Source of the DNA: Octopus vulgaris
Taxonomy: Eukaryota
Length of the DNA stretch: 64,000 bases
Assembly (NCBI GenBank): GCA_951406725.2
Contig: OX597821.1
Coordinates: 71,734,001 to 71,798,000 of the forward strand
Direction: 5' to 3'
A model generated the notes under the pieces. The model had not been told where the DNA came from and did not search any database. It saw nothing but the letters and a program-made list of their open reading frames with translations. The position numbers and the translations under genes were made by a program. Below, one piece after another: positions 1 to 12,844 of the stretch. How positions within the stretch are numbered: the first letter of the stretch is position 1; every line of letters starts with the position of its first letter.

Positions 1-1092
1 TACATACATACATACATACATACATATAGACTCAATAATATGTTTATAGTAAATAGAGGAGGGTGCGTCAGGCAACCGAGACCAAGATAGAAAACAAGGA
101 GAAACAAAGCCAACAAGCAGAAGAAAATATATCGACCCAGAAAGACGATCCAAACGTTGAACTAGATACATGAAAGAAACAGGTCACTCATCCAAACCCA
201 TCTCGTCTCCACTAACGGCGCCGAAGTGGCCACGGGAGAAATTGCATGCCACGAACAGGTGGCCTTAGATTATGCCACCCATCACGCCCACAATGGATTT
301 CTCCAACAAGTCCTCGGCACCTCCGCGGCGACGCCCCAAGCCTAATGTCCAGGAAATTCAAATTTGGAGATTCGGCAAATTATGTATGGCGTGAGAAGGG
401 TCACATGATCCTATTGTTGTAAGGGACTTGCTGGACACAAGCAGTATTTTAATCTTGTATGATCTGCACTTAATACCTAACCTCCCCATGAGCTAAATGA
501 ACCCAGCCAACTTCAGTTGCTCTTCGATAGATCTCATCCAATTGCTGGGCTTGTCTTTGATGGCCCGGGACGCTGTAACCCGTCTGCCATTCTACTGCCT
601 TATTTATATATTGCTTCACTGGGTATATATATATATATATATATATATATACTAGCAAAGATGTTTGCGGGCGGCGAACGTAAAAGATTTCACTTTATCT
701 GTGGGAAGAACATTAAATAAATGTACAACCCGGATGTGGATATGTATGCAGAATGGCAGGTGGGTTGGAGGAAGATGCCAAGGAAAATACAAAGGAAGAC
801 AGGTGAGGGAAAACGTGGCCTCTTCAAATGTCAAGTCTTGTTTTTCCTTGATAAAAATTGATAACAAAGTTTTAGAATGGTAAATCGAAGCAATGGTTTA
901 GGTGAGACATCAATGCTGATGTAAATCGTATCAATCTGAATGCATAGCTGCAATTGTGTTTGGTTCGCCGAGCGAATATTTATTCAATGATCGTGAAATT
1001 CTTATTTATGTTGTGCTCAATATATCTGTTGAAATTGGTCTTGACCGACGAATATTTTCTTCGCTGCAACGCACTCACATCCATGTATAGTA

Positions 1093-1173
1093 CAGTAATC
1101 CCTCGCCATATCGCGGTTCATCTATCGCGGTTTATTAAGCTTACGCAGATTCCTCCATGGTGTTGTTTTGCAT

Positions 1174-1235
<62 letters not shown>

Positions 1236-1357
1236 AATTATAAAAATAATTTTAAAATATATGTACAGTAAAGTGCAGTACTGTTTCTGCTTCGCGGATT
1301 TTCACCAATCGTGGAGAGTTTTGGAACGTTACGACCGCGATAGTCAAAGGATTACAG
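1093..1357. mobile_element. pogo/Tigger-like MITE
   Basis: TA-flanked imperfect TIRs cagtaatccctcgccatatcgcggt / accgcgatagtcaaaggattacag; internal (AT)n; second copy in opposite orientation at 51408-51613. Confidence 0.8.
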
Positions 1358-1363
1358 TATATA

Positions 1364-1407
<44 letters not shown>

Positions 1408-1414
1408 TGTGTGT

Positions 1415-1520
1415 GTGTGTGTGTTTCTTTGTCCCACACCACCGCTTGACAACCGGTAATGGTTTGTCTATGTCCCCGTAGTTTAACATTTCGGCAGGAA
1501 TCCGATATAACAAGTATTTG
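1415..1520 (+). mobile_element. SINE family A, 3' part, decayed
   Basis: After (GT)n, tttgtcccacaccaccgcttgacaaccgg...gtccccgtagtttaac matches the reverse complement of 4270-4330. Confidence 0.6.
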
Positions 1521-2275
1521 ACTTTATTTCCATAATCCGGCCTTTTCTTCATTTTTTTGTCGTGTAAAACTAAATTGAGTTTAGGATTAGATTACAAAAT
1601 GAAAAAAGATGAGTGAAAGGAACCACTGCCTGACTGGGTCTTACGGGTTGTTGTTGTTGTTCTTTTTGTTGCTCCGATCGGCCACTACTATGATCAAAAG
1701 CGTTCTTGCAGTGACAACCTTGTCATTTCTTGTACCTATAACATTATTCAATGTCACTTTTTTTCCGAGGAAATACCTTGTGATTGAAAGAGATTTAATT
1801 ACCATTTCTATCAGGTCAAGCAAACATATAGAATCTTCTAATTGGACTCATAGCAATAATGTATCGACTCCTACAAAATGAAAGGTTAAACAGAATTCGG
1901 CGGGTTTTCAAATCAAAAGATACAACTAAATAACTAAATAACTAAAAAAAATTAATAAATAAACTCTGTATTGTCTTCATCGTTTATTATTCTGTTTATC
2001 TCAACATTCTCCACCCTTCTGCTGTTCTTCCTAACTCAGTAACGACGCGACAGATTTAGAAACTAAAGAGGAGACGATTCTAACGGGATTTGGGTTCTAC
2101 TTGGCCAACATTTCTTCCGTCACATTTAACTGACATCTACTGAGTCTATTAACAATTGAGCAAGCACAAAAGACAAAACTCATTGTACTCAGTTGTTTTT
2201 GGTTATCAGATCGAAGAGGGACAGACATTTTGTTCAACTGTGAGCTTCTGCATCACCAACATCATTATTATCTTT

Positions 2276-2276
2276 T

Positions 2277-2311
<35 letters not shown>

Positions 2312-2347
2312 TTAGTATTACTACTACTACTACTACTTCTTCTACTG

Positions 2348-2394
<47 letters not shown>

Positions 2395-2405
2395 GCTGCT
2401 GCTGT
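2276..2405. repeat. (ACT)n/(GCT)n microsatellite
   Basis: Direct reading; source of poly-T/L/V ORFs. Confidence 0.95.
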
Positions 2406-2779
2406 TACTTTAATTGCACCCAACTGTAAGTATCCCCTTATCGAGGCTGACTCCCACTCACACAAACACTCAGAGACATACACTGTATGTCGTCTGCACA
2501 GACACACTCGTCCCTACACTCAGTGACAGGTTCAGATATTAAACAGTAATACTCCATACTCCATGAACCGATTTCGAATCTCTTGGGGAGTCTTGTTTCA
2601 CCGAGAGAAAAATAGGCAAAGATGAAGAAGAATGATTTGTGTCAGTAAGTTTGCAGTCGTACAATGGCACCTCCAGCCCCCGCTGTTGCTTTCTTCTGAC
2701 CTATCAAGGCTTTCGTGTTTTAACAAAATTCAGCTCTAATCGCTATTGTGAGGTTTTAACACTGTTCTCCCTTCCTCTT

Positions 2780-2828
2780 TCTTTCTTTCTTTCTTTCTCT
2801 CTTTCTCTCTCTCTCTCTCTCTGTTCAG

Positions 2829-2902
<74 letters not shown>

Positions 2903-3024
2903 CATCCATCTGTCTTTCTAGCAATAAGAAAGAATGATCTGCTACAGACAAATCAAATACAGTTCCCAGTGGACTATGCATGAATGCGTCTATACCAGTA
3001 GCTTACACTCACACACACACACAC

Positions 3025-3076
<52 letters not shown>

Positions 3077-3146
3077 GTGTGTATATATATATACATATAC
3101 GTATAGATGCATATATTATGTGTGGATGTACGCAGTTGTGTATATA

Positions 3147-3243
<97 letters not shown>

Positions 3244-3300
3244 GTACGTATGTATGTATGTATGTATGTATATATATATATATACACAGGTGTGTGTGTA
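2780..3300. repeat. compound (CT)n,(TATC)n,(CA)n,(AT)n,(TATG)n microsatellite block
   Basis: Direct reading; representative of dozens of similar tracts across the window. Confidence 0.95.
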
Positions 3301-3754
3301 CACTATCGTCTCTGATAGGAAGTGGTAGGGTAGGTGAGTCATATTTTTCATTGCATTTTCATGTTTGCTTTGTATAGTAGTTTGTTTTTATTTTTCGGTT
3401 TTGGAGGACATTTTCTTTCGTTTCTATTTTATTTTCGTTGTTGTTGGTGGTGTTAGTGGCGGTGGTGGTGGTAGTGGTGGTGGTGGCGGCGTGTCTGTTC
3501 GGTCATTTATTTTTGAGAGAGTGAAGTAAGCCGAACTTTAACCTCTTCAACGCTCTCCGCGATTTTGACAGTAAGACATATTAAAACTGCTAATGGGAGT
3601 CCAGTACAACAATCATGGCTACGAAAATTAATGGCCGGGAGGTCTTCCCCTGCATTCGATATTTATATTACAATCTGCTGCTGTTACTGAAATCAGGAAT
3701 TGGCACGTAATGGTTTCTATCGGAGCCACAACGCGAGGAATTTTGATGCGAGCG

Positions 3755-3872
3755 ATTTAGTCGATTCCAGTACGTTACTGATGCTTTATTTTATCGACCC
3801 CGCAAAGATAAAAAGCAAAGTTAATCTCAGCGGAATTTGAAATCAGAACGTAGAGAGCCAGAACAAACACTG
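3755..3872 (-). mobile_element. SINE family B fragment
   Basis: ttatcgaccccgcaaagataaaaagcaaagttaatctcagcggaatttgaaatcagaacg matches 38941-39000. Confidence 0.7.
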
Positions 3873-4131
3873 CGATAACAGAATTTGTTATTGTAGTTTT
3901 ATAGTTAAGACGATGCCTTGCTGTAAGTGTTGAAAACGTATAGCGATGTTTCTAGAAACGACAATATGACTAAATATCTTAGTTGTGTCCAGTATGTATT
4001 GTCAATAACAGTTTATTATATTCGTATTAAAGCTATTTGTCTTCTTTCGCAAAGCAATTCAGATAAGGGTTAGAAAGAAGATCTTCCCGATTCCTACCAA
4101 AATACCATGCCAGAAATTTAAACATTCTGTG

Positions 4132-4550
4132 TACTCTTTTACTCTTTTACTTGTTTCAGTCATTTGACTGTGGGCATACTGGAGCACCGCCTTTAGTCGA
4201 GCAAATCGACCCCAGGACATATTCTTTGTAAGCCTAGTACTTATTCTATCGTTCCCTTTTGCCGAACCGCTAAGTTACGGGGACGTAAACACACCAGCAT
4301 CGGTTGTCAAGCGATGTTGGAGGGCAAACACAAACACACAAACACACACACACATATATATATATACATACATACATATACATATATACGACGGGCTTCT
4401 TTCAGTTTCCGTTTACCAAATCCACTCGCAAGGCTTTGGTCGGCTCGAGGCTGTAGTAGAAGACACTTGCTCAAGGTGCCACGTAGTGGGACTGAACCCG
4501 GAACCATGTGGTTGGTAAGCAAGCTACTTACCACACAGCCACTCCTACGC
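4132..4550 (-). mobile_element. full-length tRNA-derived SINE family A (CORE-like) with internal microsatellite
   Basis: Minus strand: A box-like tggctgtgtggt, B box-like gggttcagtccc, CORE-like ggcaccttgagcaagtgtctt, internal (AT)/(GT)n, tail aagtaaaagagtaaaagagt; many partial copies in the window. Confidence 0.85.
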
Positions 4551-5421
4551 CCTAAACAAAAAACAAAAAAAATATTGAGATGTTTCAAGTGCGTAAGATT
4601 AAATGTTTGGTTCACTATTTTGGTTCTAATCTTGAAAATGCGTCTTGGAATCATTTAGCTTTGCACGGTTCCACACTCGTAACAGCAGAAAACTCGAATG
4701 CGCCGCGAGTAGCAAAACTACTGTTGGCTTATTTGACAAGCAAATGAGTTACCATTAAGAGTTCAACTGGACTTTTTCATGTCAGATAAATCTACTTGAA
4801 AATATCTGATCTGTGAAACGGATGTCGCAGAAAGAAGCAAATATTTGGCAGAATGAACCGACACTGTTTAGATTATCAATATCTGCAACAAGATCATGTA
4901 GTAATATAAATAACAACAACTTAATATTCGGTACCGCTGGAGTCTTAAACTATTATAAATAATATTAAATCAAAATGGAAAAAAACGTATAAAAAATCAT
5001 AAAATGTCAAGTTTCTTTCTTCATAATTTAGAAATAAAATTTGTCCTCACATGTGTTTATTTTACAGCAATCAGGAATATAAGATAGATTACACTTAAGG
5101 AATAAGCTCTTTTTAATATGGCAGAAAATCTTCATTGATCCTACTCGAACTCTTCAGTTGGGAGGTGCGTTTTATAGTGTTATAAAACTTGTCACTTAAA
5201 TCACATAAATAACGGAGCTCTTTCCTTATGAATGAAGATATATATGTATATTCATACATATATATGTATGTGTGCACATATATATGTGTATGTGTGTGTG
5301 TACATACGCACTTATATATATAAATAGATATATGCATATACATACATATTTACATATATATGTATCTTATATCTCTATACATGCATGCCTCTGTGTGCGT
5401 GTGTGTGTGTGTGTGTGTGCC

Positions 5422-5458
<37 letters not shown>

Positions 5459-5598
5459 CTGTCTGTGATAGATGACAGTTCATGCGAACAATTTCATATG
5501 CTCCATACTGAATATACGAAGAACCATTCTAATATTTATTGATATTTCTTTTAATTTAAATTATTCCCATATTTTCTTTATTATACATATTTATTACA

Positions 5599-5634
<36 letters not shown>

Positions 5635-6309
5635 ACACGCATTGGCTTTCTACTTAAACAGACGCTTAAACATACAGGAGAAATAATAAAACGTGGCGGT
5701 GAGTGAAGGTTTCTAAGACAGGAGTGAAAAATTTTTTTTTTAAATGGAGGGTTTATCTTTTTATCGTGCACGGCCTAATCCCTGCGAAATCTCTGCCCCC
5801 TCAGTATTGATTTCTGACATAGATACAGGGCCACACATTTTGAGAGAGTTGAACAGTTGATTCTATCTCCTGAGTAGAAGCCAAAGTCGACACTTGATGA
5901 TATTCTAACTTTGAAAGTATATCCGCGTAACTAGACCCCCTCCCCAGGCATAACTGCCCGGTGACCTTCCTGTTCTGCCATCCACCACAACATTTCCGTT
6001 TTATAATTATATTTCTGACCTAAACTATATATTTAAATTATAATATATATAATTATATTTAATCAAATTTTATATGTAATATAAATATTTATCGATTATA
6101 ACATACATCCGCTATGAATTTTCTCATACTAAGTGGATAGCATAATCAAAGAACTTTGAAGAATGAGACTTCGCGCATTTTTTTCTATTTTTTTTTTCAA
6201 CTACTACACAAACCTAATTTGCTCCTCATCATTTCGTGCTCGATATGGGGATGGGGTATAATAATTACTGGAGTCTATATAATTGACTATACGCTAAAAG
6301 ATGATATGA

Positions 6310-6361
6310 ACTCGTAAGAGAGAAAAAGAAATTGCACGTATCATCATTCATATCACACACT

Positions 6362-6438
<77 letters not shown>

Positions 6439-7006
6439 ACACACATACCCCTTCATAATGAAAGTCATCACTCATGCAGCTAAAGTAACGAGATTTATAA
6501 TGCTAAAATAGACCAAACTTCACAGCTGAAAAGCTCTGCTATGAATGAAAATTTTCCACTACAAATTGATCTTGACTCCATACAGCAATAAAGACAACTT
6601 GTTATTGCTTTTAAAAAGTACAAACCGTTCATTTAACAGACACTTAGTTCTCGTCTCCGTTTTATGAAGGTGGTGACAGACATTTATTTTCTGGAATGGA
6701 CGCCATTATCATTGTCTTCTCCAAAGAAGAAGCTAAACTATTATCTCGAGTAAGCGAATGAACGGTTAATTTTCAGGTGTGAATGGTATTTACCCCATTG
6801 TGTAACAAACCGAATTTGTCGCACTGGCATACTAGACGCACCCCAAATTCAGCAACGCACATTCATTGAAAATAAGGTATGGTTCTTTTTAATTTATTCA
6901 AATTTATGGGAGGCCCAACTTTGCATAAAGGCCGCGGGGGGATCTTTTTTTTTTGTTATGATATTTTATGGCGAAAAAGTGCGCCTGTAAGTCATCAAAT
7001 ACGGTA
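6310..7006 (+). mobile_element. possible pogo-like DNA transposon remnant
   Basis: Right end aaagtgcgcctgtaagtcatcaaatacggTA resembles pogo/Tigger TIRs; weak N-terminal-like peptide interrupted by (CA)n; no left TIR seen. Confidence 0.3.
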
Positions 7007-7555
7007 ATAAGATTCCTTGTCAAGTATCTGATATATAAGAGAGTACATAATGGATTGCAGTTCATGAAGCACTTCTTTGTCTAGATTTCCTTATCTCTGT
7101 CGATGTGGTGGTCATCTATAGTTAAAACTAACAGTAACATGCTATTTCATAATTTAATATAAAAGTTTTCGACATATTCGATAACGATATTTACTCTGTT
7201 ATATTTGAGAGTACCTCAAGTGTCAACCCTTGGTATATATTGTAGCAGTTACAGTTATATATCATGGTACCTCAAATGCAAGCATATATTAACACACCCG
7301 AAGTACAAAAATGCAACGAATTGCCAGAATTTTAACGCCGAGAAGAAGGATTTGTTCCATCTCTCTACGAAAATCTTACTTTCGAGTCAACAAATAGAGT
7401 ACCAGCTGATTATTAATACAGCTAAGCATTTCGCCAAGCGTGCTAACAATTCTGCCATCGAGCAGCCCTTGAAGACTATATTCTTTTTTACTCTAGGTAC
7501 AAAGTGGTTGATTATTACTAACAAAATCAGGAAATTTATATCTTGTTTCATTTAA

Positions 7556-7625
7556 GACTCGAAACCGCGGTCCTACGACCTCGAGTCCGCTGCCCTAACC
7601 ACAGGGCCATTGCGCCTTCACACAT
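7556..7625 (-). mobile_element. tRNA-derived SINE head (family C-related), truncated
   Basis: Reverse complement gaaggcgcaatggccctgtggttagggcagcggactcg...gtttcgagtc matches 33831-33895. Confidence 0.75.
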
Positions 7626-7823
7626 ATTTCAATAAGCCTAATAGCACAAGGCCATATATATAAGTATTCATGCATGCAGTTTTAGCTTCATTTGTATGTC
7701 TTATGATAATAATTCTAGCAGATCTTGGAGTAATTATAGTTCCTTCCCTATCACATTAGGTAACATCGTATTTTTCCTGCTTTCACTCAGGTTTTCTCCT
7801 AGTTTGGATTTCTGTGTGTGTAT

Positions 7824-7915
<92 letters not shown>

Positions 7916-8519
7916 GTCTGTGTGTTTCTTCAAACTTCAGTTAAATCTCGACGATGTCCTAACGTTGGACCAAAGTTGGAATTTGCATCATACTTCTTAA
8001 AAATACAAATAGCTGAAGATTATTTTTACATGTTTCGTATTATGAAATTCAAGAGAGAGAGTAATCCAAATCTAACGGAGTTCTCTTCTGACATGAGACG
8101 AGAAGAGTTAGAATAAATATTTGATGAGAAAATAAAGAAAAAGGAACGGTAAAGCGGGGTGGTTGGTTATTACTAACAAAATCAGGAAATTTATATCTTG
8201 TTTCATTCAAGACTCGAAAACCGCACCCACCGCCTCGCACTCTTCCTCTTACCCAGCGACCTCCACTGTCTGACCTTGAGCAAACAAATAAAAGCAGGTT
8301 TGGTAAAGTAGAAGTTTCACTTATAAGTTTTCCCTTTAACAACTTGCATGTTCGGTTCGTTTAATAAATTAAACTACATTCTTTTCGCTCTCACCCTACC
8401 CCCATCCCATACGCTAATGATTTATTCAAAAATTATTCGCATACACGCTCTTTGTATATTTGTACACACACACACACACACACATATATATATGTATTCT
8501 TTTATTCTTATATTCTTTT

Positions 8520-8731
8520 ATACTTTTACTTGTTCCAGTCATTTGACTGCGGCCATGTTGGAGCACCGCCTTAAAGGGTGTTAGTTGAAGAACTCTACCC
8601 CAGGACTTATTCTTTGTAAGCCTAGTACTTATTCTATCGGCCTCTTTTGCCGAACTGCTAAGTTACGGAGACATAAACACACCAGCACCGGTTGTGAATC
8701 GATTGTAGGGGGTACAAACACAGACACACAA

Positions 8732-8745
<14 letters not shown>
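8520..8745 (-). mobile_element. SINE family A, 3' half
   Basis: Colinear with 4143-4350; ends at the internal microsatellite. Confidence 0.85.
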
Positions 8746-8814
<69 letters not shown>

Positions 8815-8860
8815 CCAAACATGAAAACACAACGCGAGGAAAGGAAAGGAAAGAAGGAGG

Positions 8861-8895
8861 ATTTAACGTATCGAACGGAGCTCTTCGTCAGAAAC
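8861..8895 (-). ncRNA. degenerate minimal type I hammerhead ribozyme motif in a Penelope-like terminal fragment (8815-8970)
   Basis: Minus strand gttt-CTGACGA-A-GAGC-tcc-GTTC-GATAC-GTTA-aat; stem II pairs; GAAA is mutated to GATA. Confidence 0.5.
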
Positions 8896-8977
8896 ATAGA
8901 AAAAAGAAAGATCCAAGGAAGGGAAGACAGAGGGAAAAAATCGCCAACGATACACACGCGGACACATATTGAATATA

Positions 8978-9891
8978 CAGGGTGTCCATAAAGTATCTTT
9001 ACAATTTTAAAGCTTTATTAGAAAGGCAGTTGACAAGATATCATAACCTGATTTATTTTATTGTAATACTTGTTTATTAACTTTTTTTCACTGTTATTTA
9101 TTAGACCTCAATATGAGCACCATTAGTTGCACGATGCACATCAAGACGGTACTCGATTTCTTGCCATGTTCGCTGTAGGATAGCCTCATCAACGGTGGCA
9201 ATGGCATTACGAATCCTTTGTTTCAAGTCAGCAATGTCCCTGTATCTTTGATACACGATATCATTTACATAACCCCATAAAAAGAAGTCCAAGGGAGCAA
9301 TATCTGGCGAACGCGGTGGCCATGGAATTGACCCATCCCTTCCAATCCATCGGTCTGGAAACGTTTGATTGAGGAACTGACGAACATGCCGTCCCCAATG
9401 TGGTGGTGCACCATCTTGCTGGAAAATGATGGTTGGTTGTAAATCAATCAGTTGTGGTGCCACATATTCGGTCAGAAGGTCGAGGTAAACATCTGCAGTA
9501 ATTGTTGCCTCGTTGAAGAAAAATGGACCAATTATTCGATTGCACATGATTCCACACCACTCATTCACTTTTGGAGTATCCCGTTGAAGCTCCCTAGTCA
9601 TATGGGGGTGTTCTGATCCCCAGATTCTCACATTGTGTCTGTTTAATTTCCCTGAAATATGAAAGTCGCCTCGTCACTAAAACAAACTCGCTTGAGGAAT
9701 GCTTCATCCTCATTTTATAGGGATTCAATGAATCAGTTCCCTTCCATCAACAGAGTATGTGAAACATAAAAATTTAATATCAATAAAATCTTTAATAAAC
9801 AATTATTAAAATAAAACAAATCTGGTTAAAATATTTCATCAACTGCCTTTGTAATAATTTTTTTTAATTGTAAAGAGACTTTATGGACACC

Positions 9892-9894
<3 letters not shown>
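8978..9894 (-). mobile_element. Tc1/mariner rosa-type (DD41D) DNA transposon, internally deleted
   Basis: About 110-bp imperfect TIRs beginning cagggtgtccataaag, TA at both ends, transposase catalytic domain inside. Confidence 0.92.
9101..9712 (-). pseudogene. DD41D transposase catalytic domain, frameshifted, N-terminus missing
   Basis: FSDEATF (frameshifted), then FQQDGAPPHW...WPPRSPDIAPLDFFLWG; 41 residues counted between the 2nd and 3rd Asp. Confidence 0.92.
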
Positions 9895-9942
<48 letters not shown>

Positions 9943-9945
<3 letters not shown>

Positions 9946-10305
9946 CTGTCAGAGTTAATTTATTTCTGTACATATTGCTAACTGTTTATTATATGTATTA
10001 GCCCTCCTAACCACTTAGACCCTCTGAAGAAGCCTAGAGGCAAACTCATCATACAAACTTTATCTGCCCTTCCCTACAGAACACTGAAGAGATGGAGATG
10101 GAGCATTCCTCTTGGCAGAAACGGCCGTAACGAACTGATCTTTTGCTCTTCTCCGTAATATTAATACACATGTGTGTGTAACACATATTTACTACATGTG
10201 TATGTTTTCTTCTAACACTTCCTAATGTTTTGGAATAAATAGACACACTGGACTGTCTACTGGATGATGTATGTCGTTTTGTATCCTCTCCATTTTCTTA
10301 TTTTG

Positions 10306-10306
<1 letters not shown>
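9943..10306 (+). mobile_element. ORF-less element between two (AT)n tracts with hammerhead-like motif (Penelope-derived)
   Basis: CTGAAGA at 10024, stem II gcctagagg/cctcttggc, GAAA at 10118, palindromic ACGGCCGT, GUA triplet. Confidence 0.55.
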
Positions 10307-10345
<39 letters not shown>

Positions 10346-10347
<2 letters not shown>

Positions 10348-10456
10348 GACGGGCTTCTTTCAGTTTCTGTCTACCAAATCCACTCACAAGTCTTTGGTCG
10401 GACCAAGGCAATAGTAGAAGACACTTGCCCAAGATGCCACGCAGTGGAACTGAACT
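10346..10456 (-). mobile_element. SINE family A, 5' half (head truncated)
   Basis: cgacgggcttctttcagttt...agaagacacttgcccaag matches 4389-4497. Confidence 0.85.
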
Positions 10457-10700
10457 TACAAGGTCTGATAAAAAAAAAAAGTATCGGGATTGGTGCTATT
10501 AGTTCGGCGCTTAATGCCCTTCAAAGTGGTCCCCTTCTGAAACCACACACTTTATCCTTTGTTGTCTTCACTGATGGAAGCATTCCCGGAAGTCCTTTTT
10601 TAATTAGGAAACAGTGAGCAGCTGCCTCATCGCATTCTCTTGGGTTTCTTCGACTTCTTGAAATCTTTTCTCTTTCAAATGACGCCTGATTTTTGGGAAG
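10457..10700 (-). mobile_element. mariner transposon 3' end fragment
   Basis: TA plus TIR-like caaggtctgataaaaa; minus-strand translation HLKEKRFQEVEETQENAMRQL and IKCVVSEGDHFEGH* typical of the mariner C-terminus. Confidence 0.75.
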
Positions 10701-10759
10701 ATACGAATTTTATGTTTGTTGTAGTCACAACTTTTCCTACTGATAAACTATTTATTTTT

Positions 10760-11800
10760 TCTTGTTCCATTTTCCTACCATTCTAGTTTTGCAGTGCGAT
10801 TTTATATGTCCTGTAAACCCGCAACGAAAACACTTTGCTTTTTCAAACGGACTATTTTTTTCCAGGTGCATCCCACAACATACCATAACATGGGTCTACA
10901 TCCCGATATACTTTTCTGTTTTTCCTGCATCACTTTGTCTTCCGACCTTTTCCACTGGTCTTATGTGGAAACACTCCGTTGAATTTCTATCATGTCATGC
11001 CTTAATTTTAATATCCTGTCACACTCATCCGACAGTTTCTGCAATATCAGATCCTGGCTTATTTCCAGTTTTGAAGGCGGCGAGCTGGCAGAAACGTTAG
11101 CACGCAGGGCGAAATGCGTAGCCGTATTTTGTCTGCCGTTACGTTCTGAGTTCAAATTCCGCCGAGATCGACTTTGCCTTTCATCCTTTCGGGGTCGATT
11201 AAGTAAGTACCAGTTACGCACTGGGGTCGATATAATCGACTTAATCCCGTTTGTCTCTCCTTGTTTGTCCCCTCTGTGTTTAGCCCCTTGTGGATAGTAA
11301 AGAAATATATTTCCAGTTCTGATAGAATTTTCGTTCTTTTCTATGTTTAAACATTTCCACTTAGTATCAAACAGTGAGCTCTTTTCACTAAACATTTTGC
11401 ACAAAATGTCAACTATGTCAGTGAAATTTATGTCAGACACTTATTTCTTTTCTTTTTTTTTTCTTTTTTTTCTTTTGCCAATATGAAGTTACTATAATTC
11501 TCATGCTCTGCTGCTGCTGCTGCTGCTAGTTTTCTTAAAACTAAACGCATTTTCATTTCTTCCGTCCAATCCTGACATTCTTTTTCAAAAATTTGTTGAA
11601 ATCTTCGAAAGTAAGCCTCGAAGGTTACTCTTTCTTCGGGGTCATATTTGAATCCACTTATGGAATTTGCCGCATGGTCAGGCGAAAATGTATTCTCCGG
11701 TTTGGTTATCAACTTCATTAATTAGAACATTTGCTGCTGCAATCCTTATTGTTGTTCTCGTTGTTGTTGTTGTTGTTGCTGTTTTTGCAACTCAACTCTC
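10760..11800 (-). pseudogene. Gypsy/Ty3 (K02A2.6-like) gag, decayed, interrupted by a SINE
   Basis: ANSISGFKYDPEERVTFEAYFRRFQQIF...RLVLRKL...EHENYSNFIL; FSEKSSLFDTKWKCL; CCHC knuckle CFRCGFTGHIKSHC at 10791-10832. Confidence 0.85.
11075..11307 (+). mobile_element. tRNA-derived SINE family B monomer
   Basis: ggcggcgagctggcagaaacgttagc...gagttcaaattcc (B box)...tcatcctttcggggtcgat; 15-bp TSD tatttccagtt(t/c)tga at 11060-11074 and 11308-11322. Confidence 0.9.
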
Positions 11801-11946
11801 CCAGTCTTCCATATTTTATGATTTTCGTAAGTTTGCACAACAAAATTTTTGTTTCTTTTTTGCCGAAGTATTTAACTTTCCCCATGAATTAGTTTAAACT
11901 CTCCATGTGAATGTTTGTTTTTTCACTCCGCGTAGATTTGTCTTTT

Positions 11947-12299
11947 CTCGTCGCTACTGTTGCAAAACAGTCTTTTGTCACTGTTGTATCTGTCTTTTGA
12001 CGACGGTTGTCGCTCTGACAAACATTGTTACATTCCGAAGTTGTCGATTGAACTGTTCTATTTGTTACTGTAAGACCCCAAGTCGCACAGTGTTATTATT
12101 CTCAAAAGGTTGGATCGATATGACATCCACTCAGTATCACAGTATAATTCCCATATCAGTACAGACACGACTATCAACACAGTCTACATGTACTCTCGAC
12201 CTTCCTTACCTTCTTCTGTCGACCGGCTACTGGTCTATTTATAATGGCTGGCTACTACCACTTTTTACCGGGAGCAGTGTACAGTTTCGCTATACAACG
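11947..12299 (-). mobile_element. 5' LTR (11958-12299) and primer-binding site (11947-11957) of the Gypsy element
   Basis: Minus strand (c)gttgtatag...tttgcaaCA followed directly by gtagcgacgag (variant of the TGGCGACGAG PBS); tataaata inside; lies upstream of gag. Confidence 0.7.
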
Positions 12300-12844
12300 G
12301 TTTATTTATTTTTTGTTTTATTATACTTTATTTTGTTTTGTTTTATTTCATTTTATTTCTAATACGAGTCATTTTTCCGCCCGCTGATGCGAGACCTAAA
12401 GCGCCACATGCCTTTATGAACGCGTTATCTCTTGAAAAATGCCCTCACGTCCAACATATAAAAATTAAAACCAGAACCCGTCACAAGGTCTTGACTCATT
12501 ATTCGGCATCTAATCCCGGATCTCGGGGTATTTAAACGACAAACAATACAAACTAACTCCTCGAACAGGGACGGCTGTTGGTCGTAAGGTTAACACTCGG
12601 CTGCCGCTTTACTTATGAAATGGTATTTACTTGGCGTGTGTGTATATATGTACGTATGTGCGGTGCGTGTGTATGTGTGTGTGTGTTTGTGTATGTGCGT
12701 GCATGCATATAGCGTGTGTGTATGTATGTGTGCGTGCGTGTGGCGTGTGTGTGTGCGTGCGTGTGGCGTGTGTGTGTGCGTGCGTGTGGTGTGTGCGTGT
12801 GTGCGTATCTATTTTGATATACGTTTATTTTTTTTAGTCTTTTA

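Noticed and set aside
50-600. GC-richer block with coding-like composition
   Set aside because: Stops in the frames I read and no motif recognised; possibly a TE relic but unassignable.
6778-6877. AG/GT-bounded open segment
   Set aside because: Contains pogo-like subterminal sequence (tagacgcaccccaaat); more likely part of a transposon remnant.
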